DNA of 64,000 bases from Octopus sinensis (GCF_006345805.1 NC_043024.1:14136001-14200000), one strand, 5' to 3'. Positions 41,275 through 54,122 are shown, counted from the stretch's first letter. Numbers and translations are program-made. Notes: generated from the letters alone by a model not told the origin.

Positions 41275-42740
41275 ATGTGTGTGTATGTATGTATATATAT
41301 ACAGATATATAGATAGTGTGTATGTGTGTACATATACACACACATACATATATACATACATACATACATACACACATACATGCATACATATGTGTATGCA
41401 TACATACACACATACATACGTACACATATATGATAAACGCATTCCACGCTGCAATTGTTGATAAATATATATATATATAGACAGATAGATATTTTGTATA
41501 AACTCCGCCAATCTCACTCACGCATATACATATATGTGTATAAGCCATTACATAAACACATATATACTAATGTATAAGCACATTTTTATATATGCATACA
41601 CACATACACACATATATGCATATATATTTATATGAGTGTGTATGGTTATGTAATACGTAGATAAATGACATAGAAAAGTTACCGACGTAAGAAGAGATGT
41701 GGTATATTTATACATAAGTATATCCATATTATATGTGCGTCTTAAATATATATATATATATTTATCCATATATTTGCGTGTGTATACGAAAATGTGTGTA
41801 TTTATATATTTCTCGGCTGCTGTGTCATTCTGGTTCAAAGACGAAGTGTAACAAGAAATCTACGGCTATCAAAAGCTATAACACACATGAAAAGATAAAA
41901 ATAATGAACACATCTGATAGAATTCGAAATACCAGTATTGGAATAAAACTCATTCGCGATTGGAAATATATAAATGTCTAACTGCATATGGTTATGAAGA
42001 ATTTTTCGTTCGATTTTCATGCCATTTGAACTAGAAATATAACTCTCTGCTAAGAATTGGTTGATAATATCAGACAGATTGATGTTTTGAATATTACGTT
42101 GCTATGACAACAACGCCAAAACTAACAAGAATAATAACGGTAAGGAGAAAAGTTCGGTTGCCTAGATTTGATGAAAACAAAAAGGAAAACTGGAATATTC
42201 GAAATGTTCCATAAAATACAAAATATATCATAGCTTCTGTAAACGTATCAAATATTTAAGGAGCATTGAAGGAGTAAAAATCGAAGATAGTTATTGATAT
42301 ATGCGATCGATTGCTTTATTAAGGGGGGGAAAAAACTCACCAAAATAAAAGGATTTTTTTACGGAAATTAGAAATAAATGCACCGAAGTTGGAACATTCC
42401 TTCTCTCTCTCTCTTTCTCTCTTTCTCTCTCTCTCTCTCTCACTCTCACACTCTCACTCTCACACTCACACAAAAACATACGTACACACTCACACAGAGA
42501 AACGATCAAATGTTTATGTATATATATAATTATCTATATAAGAATAGACACAGATACATACGCGTATCTACATGTATAAAAACGCCTGTGTGTGTATGTA
42601 TGTATGTGTGCTTGTGCGTGTGCATATCTGTGTGAGTGTGCGAATATTACATATATATACACACATATATGTATTTATGTGTATATATATGTAGACATAT
42701 ATATGGTGTATCTATCTATCCATCTATCTATCTATCAAAA

Positions 42741-42970
42741 GGCGGCGAGCTGGCAGAAACGTTAGCACGCTGGGCCAAATGCGTAGCCGTATTTCGTCTG
42801 TCGTTACGTTCTGAGTTCAAATTCCGCCGAGGTCGACTTTGCCTTTCATCCTTTCGGGGTCGATAAATAAAGTACCAGTTACGCACTGGGGTAGATGTAA
42901 TCGACTTAATCCGTTTGTCTGTCCTTGTTTGTCCCCTCTGTGTTTAGCCCCTTGTGGGTAGTAAAGAAAT
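42741..42970 (+). mobile_element. SINE family B, full length, in (TCTA)n
   Basis: Cleanest family B copy. Confidence 0.9.
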
Positions 42971-43102
42971 ATATCTATCTATCTATCTATCTATATATAT
43001 ATATATATATATACATATATATGGTATATATACATATATATATCATATATATCATATACATCTTTTTATATACACATATTTTATATACATATATATATAT
43101 GC

Positions 43103-43152
<50 letters not shown>

Positions 43153-43850
43153 TATATCATATAAAATATATCATATTAAATATATATATATACATATATA
43201 CATTGTATATATAATATATATATATATATATATACATATTTATATGGATAGTTGCTTGTCGTAAAGTAGACAGTGTCTTCGAAATTAATTCACGACTAGC
43301 TAGAAAAACTAGAGTGCTATCATTCACCTCAGAAGTGACTAGACGTTAAACAAGGAACGCCATGTTGGATAATGAAATCGTAGATGCGTCTGATAGAAAT
43401 GCAGGGTGGTCACGACAGGAAGTCTTTGATCTTAGGTCTCTTAGATCACGGTTGTATAAATGCCTAAATAAATGAGGTATTAAAAAAATTAGCCGATATT
43501 ATGTCGAAATCGATAGTCGACCAACGGAAATCGAATACCAACACAAGTGTAATGGCGGGTCGATATTCATGTTTACAAAAGTGTACGTATGTATTCGCAT
43601 GCACATCTTATCTTTATTATTAATGCAAACTGATAAAATGAGAACATGATTCAAAATGTCCTTGCCAGGAACCTTACATATCTATATTTTGCGCTTCACA
43701 CATACGTGCACGCCCGCACAAGCACAGACGCTCTCGCATACGAGGACATCGGAGTGCACAGGCCTAGGCACGTATTTATGTTTACATATTTATTGCATAT
43801 TTGCATGTGAATGTGTTTAGATATGCATATATATATATATAAATATATAT

Positions 43851-44096
43851 ATAAGAAATTTTTGCGTAATAAGATAAGAAATGAAGGCTGTATAAATATT
43901 AGAGTATTTATAGATAGAATGTCTTACAGCTGTTTCTAGGATATTAATTAATAATATCCATTCATCGGAGATATTATCAATATCGGAGGGATATCTTAAT
44001 TAATATCCTAGAAACAGCTGTAAGACATTCTATCTATAAATACTCTAATATTTATACAGCCTTGGTTTTTTATCTCATTATGCAAAAAATTCTTAT
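43851..44096. repeat. ~100-bp inverted repeat (solo pLTR-like) in (TA)n
   Basis: 43884-43951 is the reverse complement of 43996-44063, extending imperfectly outward. Confidence 0.9.
43922..43971 (-). ncRNA. Type I hammerhead motif (C4 variant)
   Basis: Minus strand: UCU-CCGAUGA-au-GGAUAUU-auuaauu-AAUAUCC-ua-GAAA-CAGCUG-UA-AGA; palindromic ACAGCUGU. Confidence 0.6.
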
Positions 44097-44221
44097 ATAC
44101 ACACGCTGTCATAGGACCAACGTTGAACACTGTATTTGCAATATTACCGAATCTTGAACTTTACTATGGTCTGTCTATAGCACTTATTCAGCATTACCTC
44201 ACACACACACACACACACTCC

Positions 44222-44264
<43 letters not shown>

Positions 44265-44265
<1 letters not shown>

Positions 44266-44428
44266 CGACGGGCTTCTTTCCTGTTTCCGCCTACCAAATC
44301 CACTCACAAAGCTTTGGTTGGCCTGAGCCTATCATAGAAGACACTTGCCCAAGGTGCCATGCAGTGGGACTGAACCCAGAACCATGTGGTTGGGAAGCAA
44401 GCTTCTTGCCATACAGCCATGCCTGTAC
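44265..44428 (-). mobile_element. SINE family A, 5' half
   Basis: Reverse complement of the family A head. Confidence 0.85.
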
Positions 44429-44966
44429 CTATGGTAGTACAGAATCCTTGATAATTTTTGATACACGACCGCAGATGCAAAGATAGGCAAAGGAAATTAT
44501 CTCGATACCCTTGTTAAATCCGTGCTTCTAGTATTCACTCCGAAAAGGCTAAATGGTTCGGTGACATCTTGAACTTAGACTGTAAAGGTCAAACAAAAAT
44601 GCCGCAAAGTATGTTGCCTTATAATTATAACCTTATAATTTTGGTTACTGATATCCCTTAAACACGCAGGTATTGAAAGAAGCGATTCGTTTTGTTCCAT
44701 TATCAGAAAAATAAAATGAACCAATGGTAAGTGAGAAGCTACTGGTTGAATATAAGCCCTTAACTTCAACTTAAAGATAGAAAGAGGAATATTTTCCTAA
44801 TAAATATCTATCTGTTGATGTATTTAGAATTCACTCGTATAATATCAGGTTCTTTGTTTTACATATACACAAACACATACACACATACACATATATACAA
44901 GTATGTATGTATGTATGTATGTATGTATGTATGTATGTATGTATGTATGTATGTATGTATCTATGT

Positions 44967-45320
44967 ATGCCTCAGTAAAGCTGGACTAACGAGTCATCTT
45001 CGTAGTCATAAAACGAGACAGATGAGTGACAACCTGGCCACTGGGGGTGGTGTTACACACCATACTAATCATGTCTGTTGGGCATGTGGAAGAGAGTGTA
45101 ATTCGGCAGGAGGACTTAAACGACATGCAAAGGTACATGAAGCCCAGTTACAACTACAGCCGGCTATTACCGGTAAAGTTTTTAGTTGCCAATTCTGAAC
45201 AAGACATTGTAGGTCTTTAGCTGGGCTAAAAAGTCACATTCGATCACAGCACCAGTAACAGTTAAGCTTCGTGCGATGGCCATACTGGATAACGAGGGGG
45301 CAGCCATAATATAATAATAA
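44967..45320 (+). mobile_element. 3' end of an RTE-like LINE with three C2H2-like fingers
   Basis: CLSKAGLTSHLRSH...CWACGRECNSAGGLKRHAKVH...CQF*TRHCRSLAGLKSHIRSQH, short 3' UTR and (TAA)n tail. Confidence 0.65.
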
Positions 45321-45484
45321 GGTATGTATGTATGTATAAATATGGATACGTTGATGGTGATATATGTAAATAAATTTATATCCATGTACCTAAATATTTA
45401 TGTACATATATATGATTCATGTATATGTATAGATATATATATATAGCACATATAGGTTTGCTTATTTACCTTGCAGGTTGTGCT

Positions 45485-45569
45485 TACATGTGTGCGTGTG
45501 TGTGTGTTTGTGTGTGTGTGTGTGTATGTGTGTGCGTTTGTGTGTGTGAGCGTGTGTGTGTGTGTATGG

Positions 45570-45600
<31 letters not shown>

Positions 45601-45988
45601 TATGTGTGTGCGTTTGTGTGTGTGAGCGTGTGTGGTGTGTATGTGTTTGGGTGTGTGTGTGTGGCTGTGTTGTGTGTATGTGTGTATGTGTGTGCGTTTG
45701 TGTGTGAGCGTGTGTGTGTGTGTATGGGGTGTGTGTGTGTGTTTGTGTGTGTGTATGTGTGTATGTGTGTGCGTTTGTGTGTGTGAGCGTGTGTGTGTGT
45801 GTATGGGTGTGTGTGTGTGGCTGTGTGTGTGTATGTGTGTATGTGTGTGCGTTTGTGTGTGTGAGCGTGTGTGTGTGTGTGTGGGTGTGTGTGTGTGTTT
45901 GTGTGTGTGTATGTGTGTATGTGTGTGCGTTTGTGTGTGTGAGCGTGTGTGTGTGTGTATGGGTGTGTGTGTGTGGCTGTGTGTGTGT
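45485..45988. repeat. TG-rich minisatellite with a higher-order unit of ~75-80 bp
   Basis: gtatgtgtgtgcgtttgtgtgtgtgagcgtgtg recurs 6 times. Confidence 0.85.
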
Positions 45989-46344
45989 CACACCGTCGGT
46001 TTCGACGATGATGTTTGCAGTCGATACGATCAAGAGAACAGCCTGTTCGAGACGTTAAGGTGAAAGTTGCTAAGCTCTCCGCAGACACACGTACCCTTAA
46101 TGTAACACAGAGTGTGACAAGGCTGGCCCTTCGAAATACAGGCACAACAGAAACAGGAAGAGAGAGTGAGAGAAATTTGTGGTGAAAGAGTACAGCAGGG
46201 ATCGCCAACAACCCCTGCCGGAGCCTCATGCAACTTTAGCTATTTTCGATCGATAAACGCTCATAATACATGGTCTTGGAGTCGGAACCGTGATCCTACG
46301 ACCGCGAGTCTGTTGCCTTAACCACTGGGCCATTGCGCCTCCAC
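45989..46344 (-). mobile_element. SINE family D, diverged
   Basis: Homologous to 27316-27700. Confidence 0.85.
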
Positions 46345-46356
46345 ACACACACAAAC

Positions 46357-46393
<37 letters not shown>

Positions 46394-47295
46394 CATACAT
46401 ACATACATATATACACGTGTGCGTAAGTATGTGTTTAAATTTATATATACACATATATACATATATAAATATATATGAATATATATATATATATGCATAT
46501 AAATATATATTTGTATATGTATATATATATGTATGTATATATATATATTTATTTGATTTAGAACAGTGATATACTATAATGTATGTGTATGTGTGTGAAC
46601 ATTTGTGTATCGTATCTACAATATATAAGTGTGCACGTACAGCGTGTAAATCAATTTGAAAGAAGAAATATAGACGCGAAACCCTATTATTTTTGAAGCA
46701 GCGTTTGAAGAGGGGGGGCTCTAGTGCCGTTTCTTCCAATTTAACTATGTATTCCCTTAATAGTGTTGCCATCTCTCGATGTTTATGGAGAAAATTGAAA
46801 TCTTCATAAATTGTCTTCTAAATATGTGAGCAGCTATCGAGTTACAGGTATTTAATGGGTATTTTTAAGGGGGATTATTAAGAAGATGGTTTCTTCTGTG
46901 ACGTTTAATTCCTCAACTTCCATTTATTATGTGATTTATCTCCGTGCTTGTTTAAGGTAATGCTATATTAGGAAGCGTACGGCCTATGTACAAGTGTTTA
47001 TATATGTATATATATATTATATATGTGTGTGTGTGTGTGTGTGCTTGTGTCTAAGTGTATATATGTGCGCATATAAATGCTAGGTTAATATACATATCTA
47101 CAGGCATATATGTGTGTGTTTCTTTCTCACCACCTCTCTCTTTCTATCTCTCTTCTCCCCATTTCTTTCCCTGTTCCTCTCTCTCCTTCTGTCTCTCTCT
47201 TTTTCATATATATGTATACACAAAAATATGTAAATTTATATATACATATATATACACACACATACATATATAGATACAAATGCATATTTATAAGT

Positions 47296-47327
<32 letters not shown>

Positions 47328-47374
47328 ACATGTGTACATACACACACACACATATATATATATATATATTTATT

Positions 47375-47405
<31 letters not shown>

Positions 47406-47562
47406 GCATATATATATATATTTGTGTGTGCTTGCGTGTATATGTGCGTATATATAATATTTAAATCTATATATGTAAGTTTATATACATGCTTGTGTAT
47501 GTGCGTGCGTCAGTGCGTGTTCGTTTGTTTGTGTTGTGTGTGTGTGTGTGTGTGGTGTGTGT

Positions 47563-47602
<40 letters not shown>

Positions 47603-48057
47603 CCTGCTTATTTATACAGGCACCTAAGTGTTTGAATGCATACGCTGATAAAATTTATATATTCCGACAGGATATAAACACTGCAGAGAAGATGTCACCC
47701 TCGCCATTTTATATATTCGAGAAATATACTTAACGCTCTTTTTGAAAGTTGAATAACCATTCCTTGAACTGCTTGGTCATGAAGGACAGAAGAATATACG
47801 CGCGAAACATTCTGATTTCTTTAAACACTTGAAATCGAAATGTTGATACAGCTTGACCTTTGCTGCTCTTTCAACTGCTGGTGTTTGCTGAGAGAATGAA
47901 GGAAGGAATTTTAAGAAACTTAATAGTTCTCTTCAAATGAAATTAGTATCTGAACCTTATGTCGGAAATCCAATATATACTGCAGACAAGAATATAAAAG
48001 AAATAGTTAACCATACATATGTATAATATATTATATATATATATATATATATATGGG

Positions 48058-48124
48058 ACCATGCTGATGATGGCTGCACTTTTCCTTGCGGAAAATAACA
48101 GCCGAAACTGAATTAGTACATGGT
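48058..48124 (+). ncRNA. Type I hammerhead ribozyme, near-canonical
   Basis: ACCAUG-CUGAUGA-u-GGCUG-cac-UUUUCC-uugc-GGAAAA-uaa-CAGCC-GAAA-CUG-aau-UAG-UA-CAUGGU; predicted cleavage after A48118. Confidence 0.85.
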
Positions 48125-48563
48125 AAATATGTATTTCGTATATTTTTCATTGTTTATTGTTTTGGTTTTGTGTTGAGTTTGATCTGAGAACATAGACTTT
48201 TTGTGAGAATGGCGATTTGACGTCTATATCTAGCATGTTGACTGTCCACTTTTTCGTGTTCAGTCCTTAATTGGTATATATAAATATTTAATCTTCGGAT
48301 TCTTTTCTTTAATATGCTAGACCACTGGTTCTAATTGATAAATATCAATTTTTACCCTAAATAATGTTATTATAAATATTTGTCTCTAACCGATAAATTA
48401 ACTGCTGCTAACTATTAGCTGCAGGCTAGTTTTCTCGGGTCTCATCGCGCCAAAATTAGAGACATTTGAAATATATATTTGAAATGTAATAGGCCGTACT
48501 CCATGCACGCGATAGTTCGGTATCGTGTTGGCATTTAGTACAGCAAATTACATTTTATATGGG

Positions 48564-48630
48564 ACCATGCTGATGATGGCTGCACTTTTCCTTGCGGAAA
48601 ATAACAACCGAAACTGAATTTAGTACATGG
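48564..48630 (+). ncRNA. Second copy of the type I hammerhead ribozyme
   Basis: Same as 48058 with one stem II mismatch (CAACC) and one extra U in loop III; predicted cleavage after A48625. Confidence 0.8.
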
Positions 48631-48872
48631 GTAAATATTTATTTCGTATATTTTCACTTGTTTACTGTTTTGGTTTTGTGTTGAGTTTGATCTGAGACAC
48701 AGACTTTTTGTGGAGAATGGCGATTTGACGTCTAATCTAGCATGTTGACTGTCCACTTTTCGTGTTCAGTCTTAATTGGTATATATAAATATTTTAATCT
48801 TCGGATTCTTTCTTTAATAGCTAGACCACTGGTTCTAATTGATAAATATCAATTTTTTACCCTAAATTTATG

Positions 48873-48948
<76 letters not shown>

Positions 48949-49185
48949 TACATAGATAGATAGCATACATACATTCATACATATAAGCGGAGAAGTAGTG
49001 TGACATGTAGTTTATATATATATATATAAATTATATATTAAGTATTATATTAATTATTTTTGTTTTTATGCTTTGGTTTATGTTTTTCAATGTGTGATTT
49101 GCCTAATGGTGGTTTTATCTCTAATTTAATAAATATATATGGCAAAAGAAATACGGAAGATGGAATATACGAGAATTTACTATTA

Positions 49186-49291
49186 ATCACGACAATTCTT
49201 TCGATACATCTAGCAGCGATTCCTCATGGGTGGGACACTCAACAGCTGGTTCAGGAGCAGCAGGTGTTGCAGCTGTATCTCGTCGGGTGAT
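49186..49291 (-). ncRNA. Type I hammerhead motif with a 65-nt stem II insertion
   Basis: Minus strand: AUCAC-CCGACGA-GAUACA-[65 nt]-UGUAUC-GAAA-GAAUUG-UC-GUGAU. Confidence 0.65.
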
Positions 49292-49840
49292 AAATAAATA
49301 CAACTCGTTAAAATCACTCTTTCGCAATTTAACTTTCCGTTTTGTAGAAAGAAAAGCATCTGGACGGAGGGAAATATCTTCATTTATATAGAAGATCAAA
49401 AATAAAATCACAGATTACGAATAGAGAAACAAACACGGAATCCAGCAAGAAAGGTATGCAAAATAACTGTTAAAAAACACGGATGGTCGGCCCGGGGATA
49501 TAATAGAAAGCACTTGCCCAAATTGCCACTCAGTGGGACTGAACCCAGAAACACGTGGTTGGAATGCAAGCTTCTTACCCCACAGCCACCAGATTTTACA
49601 TGTTTCAGTCTTTGGTCTGCGGTGGCCATGCTGGGGCATCGCCAATGAAGTGTTTCACGTCGACGAAATCTCGACAAGTAATTAGTTTTTGAAAAGTTTG
49701 GACACTCACGCGCAGAGAGAATCAACCCAGAAATTGAGAAGTAAAGTAACTACCACACACCCATACGGATGGTTATGCATTGTGTGTGCGTGAGTGTGCG
49801 TGTGTGTGTGTGTGTGTGTGTGGCTGTAGATATATATAAT

Positions 49841-49900
<60 letters not shown>

Positions 49901-49941
49901 GTATATTATATGTAATATACATATAACATATATGTATATAG

Positions 49942-50032
<91 letters not shown>

Positions 50033-50184
50033 TATGTGTATTGCGTGTGTGTGTGTGTATATACGTATATTAGTTACCGAATCAATGATGTACGGTGTTT
50101 AGGTAAACATCAGAATCTGAAGGATATTAATTCGCATGCTCTGTACTGATACTTAAGTTAACTACATATGTGTATCTATGTATA

Positions 50185-50242
<58 letters not shown>

Positions 50243-50612
50243 ATATATATATAAATATATATATACGTACACATACACACATATATATCTACATATATAC
50301 ACATATGTGTGTTTCTGTTGGGTGTGCATGTATGTAGAGGTGTGTGCATTTGGGTGTTTGTATCTGTATGGATATTTGCAAGCACCTGCATTATCTATAC
50401 ACAAGTACGCGCACGTGTGTTTGGATTTCGACTTTTAATAGCCGTGATATAGCTTGTAGGAATGACAGGTTTTAAGAGCCAATCAAGAGATATGTAAATC
50501 AAGCCGAATCCATAAGACCACGCACATTACATTTGGCGTCTCAATCTCATTCACCTCGTGGCTATTTAATTTATTATTGACAGTTCAACACACACACATA
50601 TACACATACACA

Positions 50613-50654
<42 letters not shown>

Positions 50655-50709
50655 TATATATACATTTATGTATATTTATATATGTATATATATATATGTA
50701 TAATATATA

Positions 50710-50741
<32 letters not shown>

Positions 50742-50908
50742 ATTATAGTGAAAGCTCCAAAGTTTATCAGTAACTTTGCAAAACACACACACACACCCAA
50801 AAATACACGCACATTCATCACACAGAGACAAACACACACACACACATGTATGTTTGTATTCAAGTTTGTACGTATGCATCTATGTATACGTATACATACA
50901 AATATATA

Positions 50909-50954
<46 letters not shown>

Positions 50955-50995
50955 GTATCTATCTGTCTATGTATCTATCTATACATGTATATATA

Positions 50996-51051
<56 letters not shown>

Positions 51052-51592
51052 ATATATACATAGATACATACATACAACATAAATACAAACATACATGGAT
51101 GTGTGTTTGTCTGCGTGTGTTGAATGTGTGTCTATGCGTGCGTTTGCGCGTACGTGTGCGTGTGTGAGTGACTGTGTGTGTGTGCGTTTGTGTGTGTGTG
51201 CTCGTGTGTGTGTGTGTTTGTGCGTGTGCTCGTGTGTGTGCGCGTGTGTGTACTTGTGTGTCTGTGTGTGTGTTTTCCAAGCTTACTGATATACTTTGGA
51301 GTTTTCACTACATTTCTGATCTGAAGTATAGAATGCAATTTTCATGTGAAAACTCAGTTTTATGGTACCTCAATTCTGATGAAGTGTAAGCTCCATTGCC
51401 CTAATCACTTCAGTACTGCGGCGTAGAGAACGCACTCATACACAAACCAAAACACAGGCACATGCGTATACACTCAGATCGGATAATCAAATGCATCCAT
51501 AGATATAGAGGTGTGGATGGGGTTTGTGGCAATACTTACTTGTACATGGACACACGTCGACATGTGTACAAGGAGACACATTGATATATATA

Positions 51593-51626
<34 letters not shown>

Positions 51627-51627
<1 letters not shown>

Positions 51628-52410
51628 TAGCAGCATAGCCCGGCGTTGCCGGGTATGTAAGAGCCCCTAGTATGCAACGACTAATCCCAATCTAGTCTTT
51701 CCTTCTAGGGAACGAAGGCGCATGTGTAGGTTGCAATGTCTTCTCTTCACTCCCAAATAACTATCAAACAGCTATCGATATTCAACCCAACCAATTCCTA
51801 CCAGGAAGAAATTACATTCGAGACTTTACCCCCAACACCGCCACTTCTGCCAATAGCTGCTGCAGCCGCAAGTTATTCGAATCCTATTTTGTTTACACTT
51901 TCTTTAAACGACCACCCCAAACGTTTTACCTTAAATTTTGACCTACCCTAAGGGTCCTCGGACGCTACTTGCAAACTCTTGGTTTATTATAAACCGCTTT
52001 TGTCGTGTGCATCAAAAAACCTTTTCCATTCGTTTGTTCAGTTGGTCACTTTTGACTTTTTCGTTGTTGTCACTCACATGCTGCCCGCTTTTTTGCTGTT
52101 TTTGTACTTTTTATACATTTTGGGATACTTACCCCAGTGTCCGAGAGTTAAAAAGGTCAAGTTGCGTCTCTAGACAGTCTGTAGAAAATGGTTGCATATA
52201 AAAAGCTTAGATTCTCGACCCATGTCGAATTTATCTAATTTTTTTCAGAACTGGGGGAACTTTTCAAAATTTTCGCTGCGTTAGTTTTGAATTATGACAT
52301 TGGACTATTTGTGTGTCAAGTTTTATCAGAATCGGTTGAAAGCCGTGGTCAGGTGAGGTACAGCCTGACAGACACACAGACACACAGACAGACAAACTGC
52401 CGTTTATATA
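51627..52410 (-). mobile_element. Non-autonomous Helitron-like element
   Basis: Minus-strand 3' end cccggcaacgccggg hairpin plus ctatgctgCTAGt, inserted in (TA)n; cagacagacaaactgccgtttatata at the other end. Confidence 0.7.
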
Positions 52411-52428
52411 TATATATAATATATATTA

Positions 52429-52511
<83 letters not shown>

Positions 52512-52569
52512 TCTATGTGTGTGTGTGTGGTAGAAGGTTGAAAAGGAACACACGAGTTGATATATTTGG

Positions 52570-53030
52570 AAAAAATTTGAAAATACTAAAAATTATTTTT
52601 TTGAAAAACATTTCTGTACCGGTTTCAGTCATTCAGACATTTTCAACTGTAAGTATGAAAAATAATTAAATTTTGGCAAAATTAAAAGAAATTTTTTTTT
52701 TAAAGAATATTTGCATTGTGTTCAAATACAAGGGGCATTTTCTTTGTGTCCCTTGTTTACTCTTGTGAGTTCGAGGTCGTTAGGAATTCTTGGCAGGGTA
52801 GAAGAAGAAATAACAGGAGAGGAGGAGAATGAGGGACTGTCCTCCCGCATTCTTCTTTTTCTTCTTCTTCTTCTTTTTCTTCTCCTCTTTCCTTTTCTTC
52901 TCCTCCTCCTCCTTCTTCTTCTACTTTTTCTACTCCTCCTGCTCCTCTTCCTCCTTCTTCTGCTTCTTCTTTTTCTTCTTTTTCTTCCTTTTCTTCTTGT
53001 TCTTCTTCTTCTTCATCTTCTTCTCCTCCT
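52570..53030 (-). mobile_element. Second copy of the PLE 3' pLTR (with decayed U3-A8 HHR at 52614-52649) followed by an inverted (CTT)n tract
   Basis: 52570-52835 aligns by eye with 21215-21480; HHR reads cag-UUGAAAA-uGUC-ugaau-GACu-GAAA-CCGG-UA-cag. Confidence 0.8.
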
Positions 53031-53058
53031 AGTTTGACGTTTGCGAAGGTGAGAATGC

Positions 53059-53095
53059 CTTTTATGTTTCGAGCCTCGGCTCTTCAAACAGAGAG
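53059..53095 (-). ncRNA. Degenerate extra-A-type hammerhead remnant
   Basis: CUGUUUGA-A-GAGC-cgag-GCUC-GAAA-CA-UA-AAAG; same type as 31426. Confidence 0.35.
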
Positions 53096-53429
53096 GAACA
53101 CAGAAATAAACAGATAAAGAGTGACCTGTGTGTATGTGTGTGTGCGTGTATGTACGTATGTGATACTGAAGTGAGAGATATATTCAATACAGCTTTAATA
53201 GTATATACATAACTAAACTAAACTAAATTAGATATGAATATCAATATTCATAGATGTATATACACAAATATAATTAAATACACACCCACACACAAACTTA
53301 CATTATTGTTTAGTTATATTATATATATATATATATATATATATTGTGTACATATATATATATATATGTACTTATATTTATATACATTATTGTGTACTTA
53401 TATACATGTACTTATATATAGTGTGTGCG

Positions 53430-53460
<31 letters not shown>

Positions 53461-54033
53461 ACATATATAAATATGTATGTATGTATTTATATATATATGG
53501 ATATATATATATATCCATAGGCACACACACTTAGTGTGGGCATGTATATACACCCACCTAACTATTTGCGTGCGTATATGAATGCTTGTTAATATGAAAG
53601 CATCTATGCAGGTATGAATGTTTACCTGTATATATGGGTGAGACAAGTTTCGTTTCCTTCATGTAAAGTTTCATATATAGAAAGAAAACCAAACAAAAAA
53701 AGACACAAGAACAAAACAAACTTAGCGGTACGATAATTAGAGGTTATTAAAATAATTACCAAACTGAAATAAATGCTGAATATGATGATCGATAGGAGAT
53801 TGATCGCAATCGCTTGAATGCGATCGCTTTAACCACCAAGCGATTACAATACAGAATGATATTTGCGTATTTATGTGTATATGTGTGTATGTGCGAGTGC
53901 GAGTGTGTATTATTCATATATATGATGTGTATGTGGTTGTGCTTGAGTATATATACATATATTATATATATATATATACTCAAGCACACACACATACACA
54001 TCATAATATATATATACACATATATTATATCTA

Positions 54034-54070
<37 letters not shown>

Positions 54071-54083
54071 CTCTCTCTCTCTC

Positions 54084-54122
<39 letters not shown>

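Larger units (their letters stand above)
48051..48876 (+). mobile_element. Retrozyme-like non-coding element: HHR repeat (~320 bp), structured spacer, HHR repeat
   Basis: 48051-48370 is directly repeated at 48557-48876, each copy starting with an HHR; flanked by (TA)n; partial third copy at 63661-63785 (-). Confidence 0.8.

Noticed and set aside
45485-45988. Regularly spaced repeats (CRISPR-like periodicity)
   Set aside because: Spacers are the same TG microsatellite; eukaryotic context; no cas genes
46660-47000. Minus-strand LYIGRT...SIAAHI peptides hinting at a GIY-YIG relic
   Set aside because: Multiple frameshifts and too little similarity without a profile search
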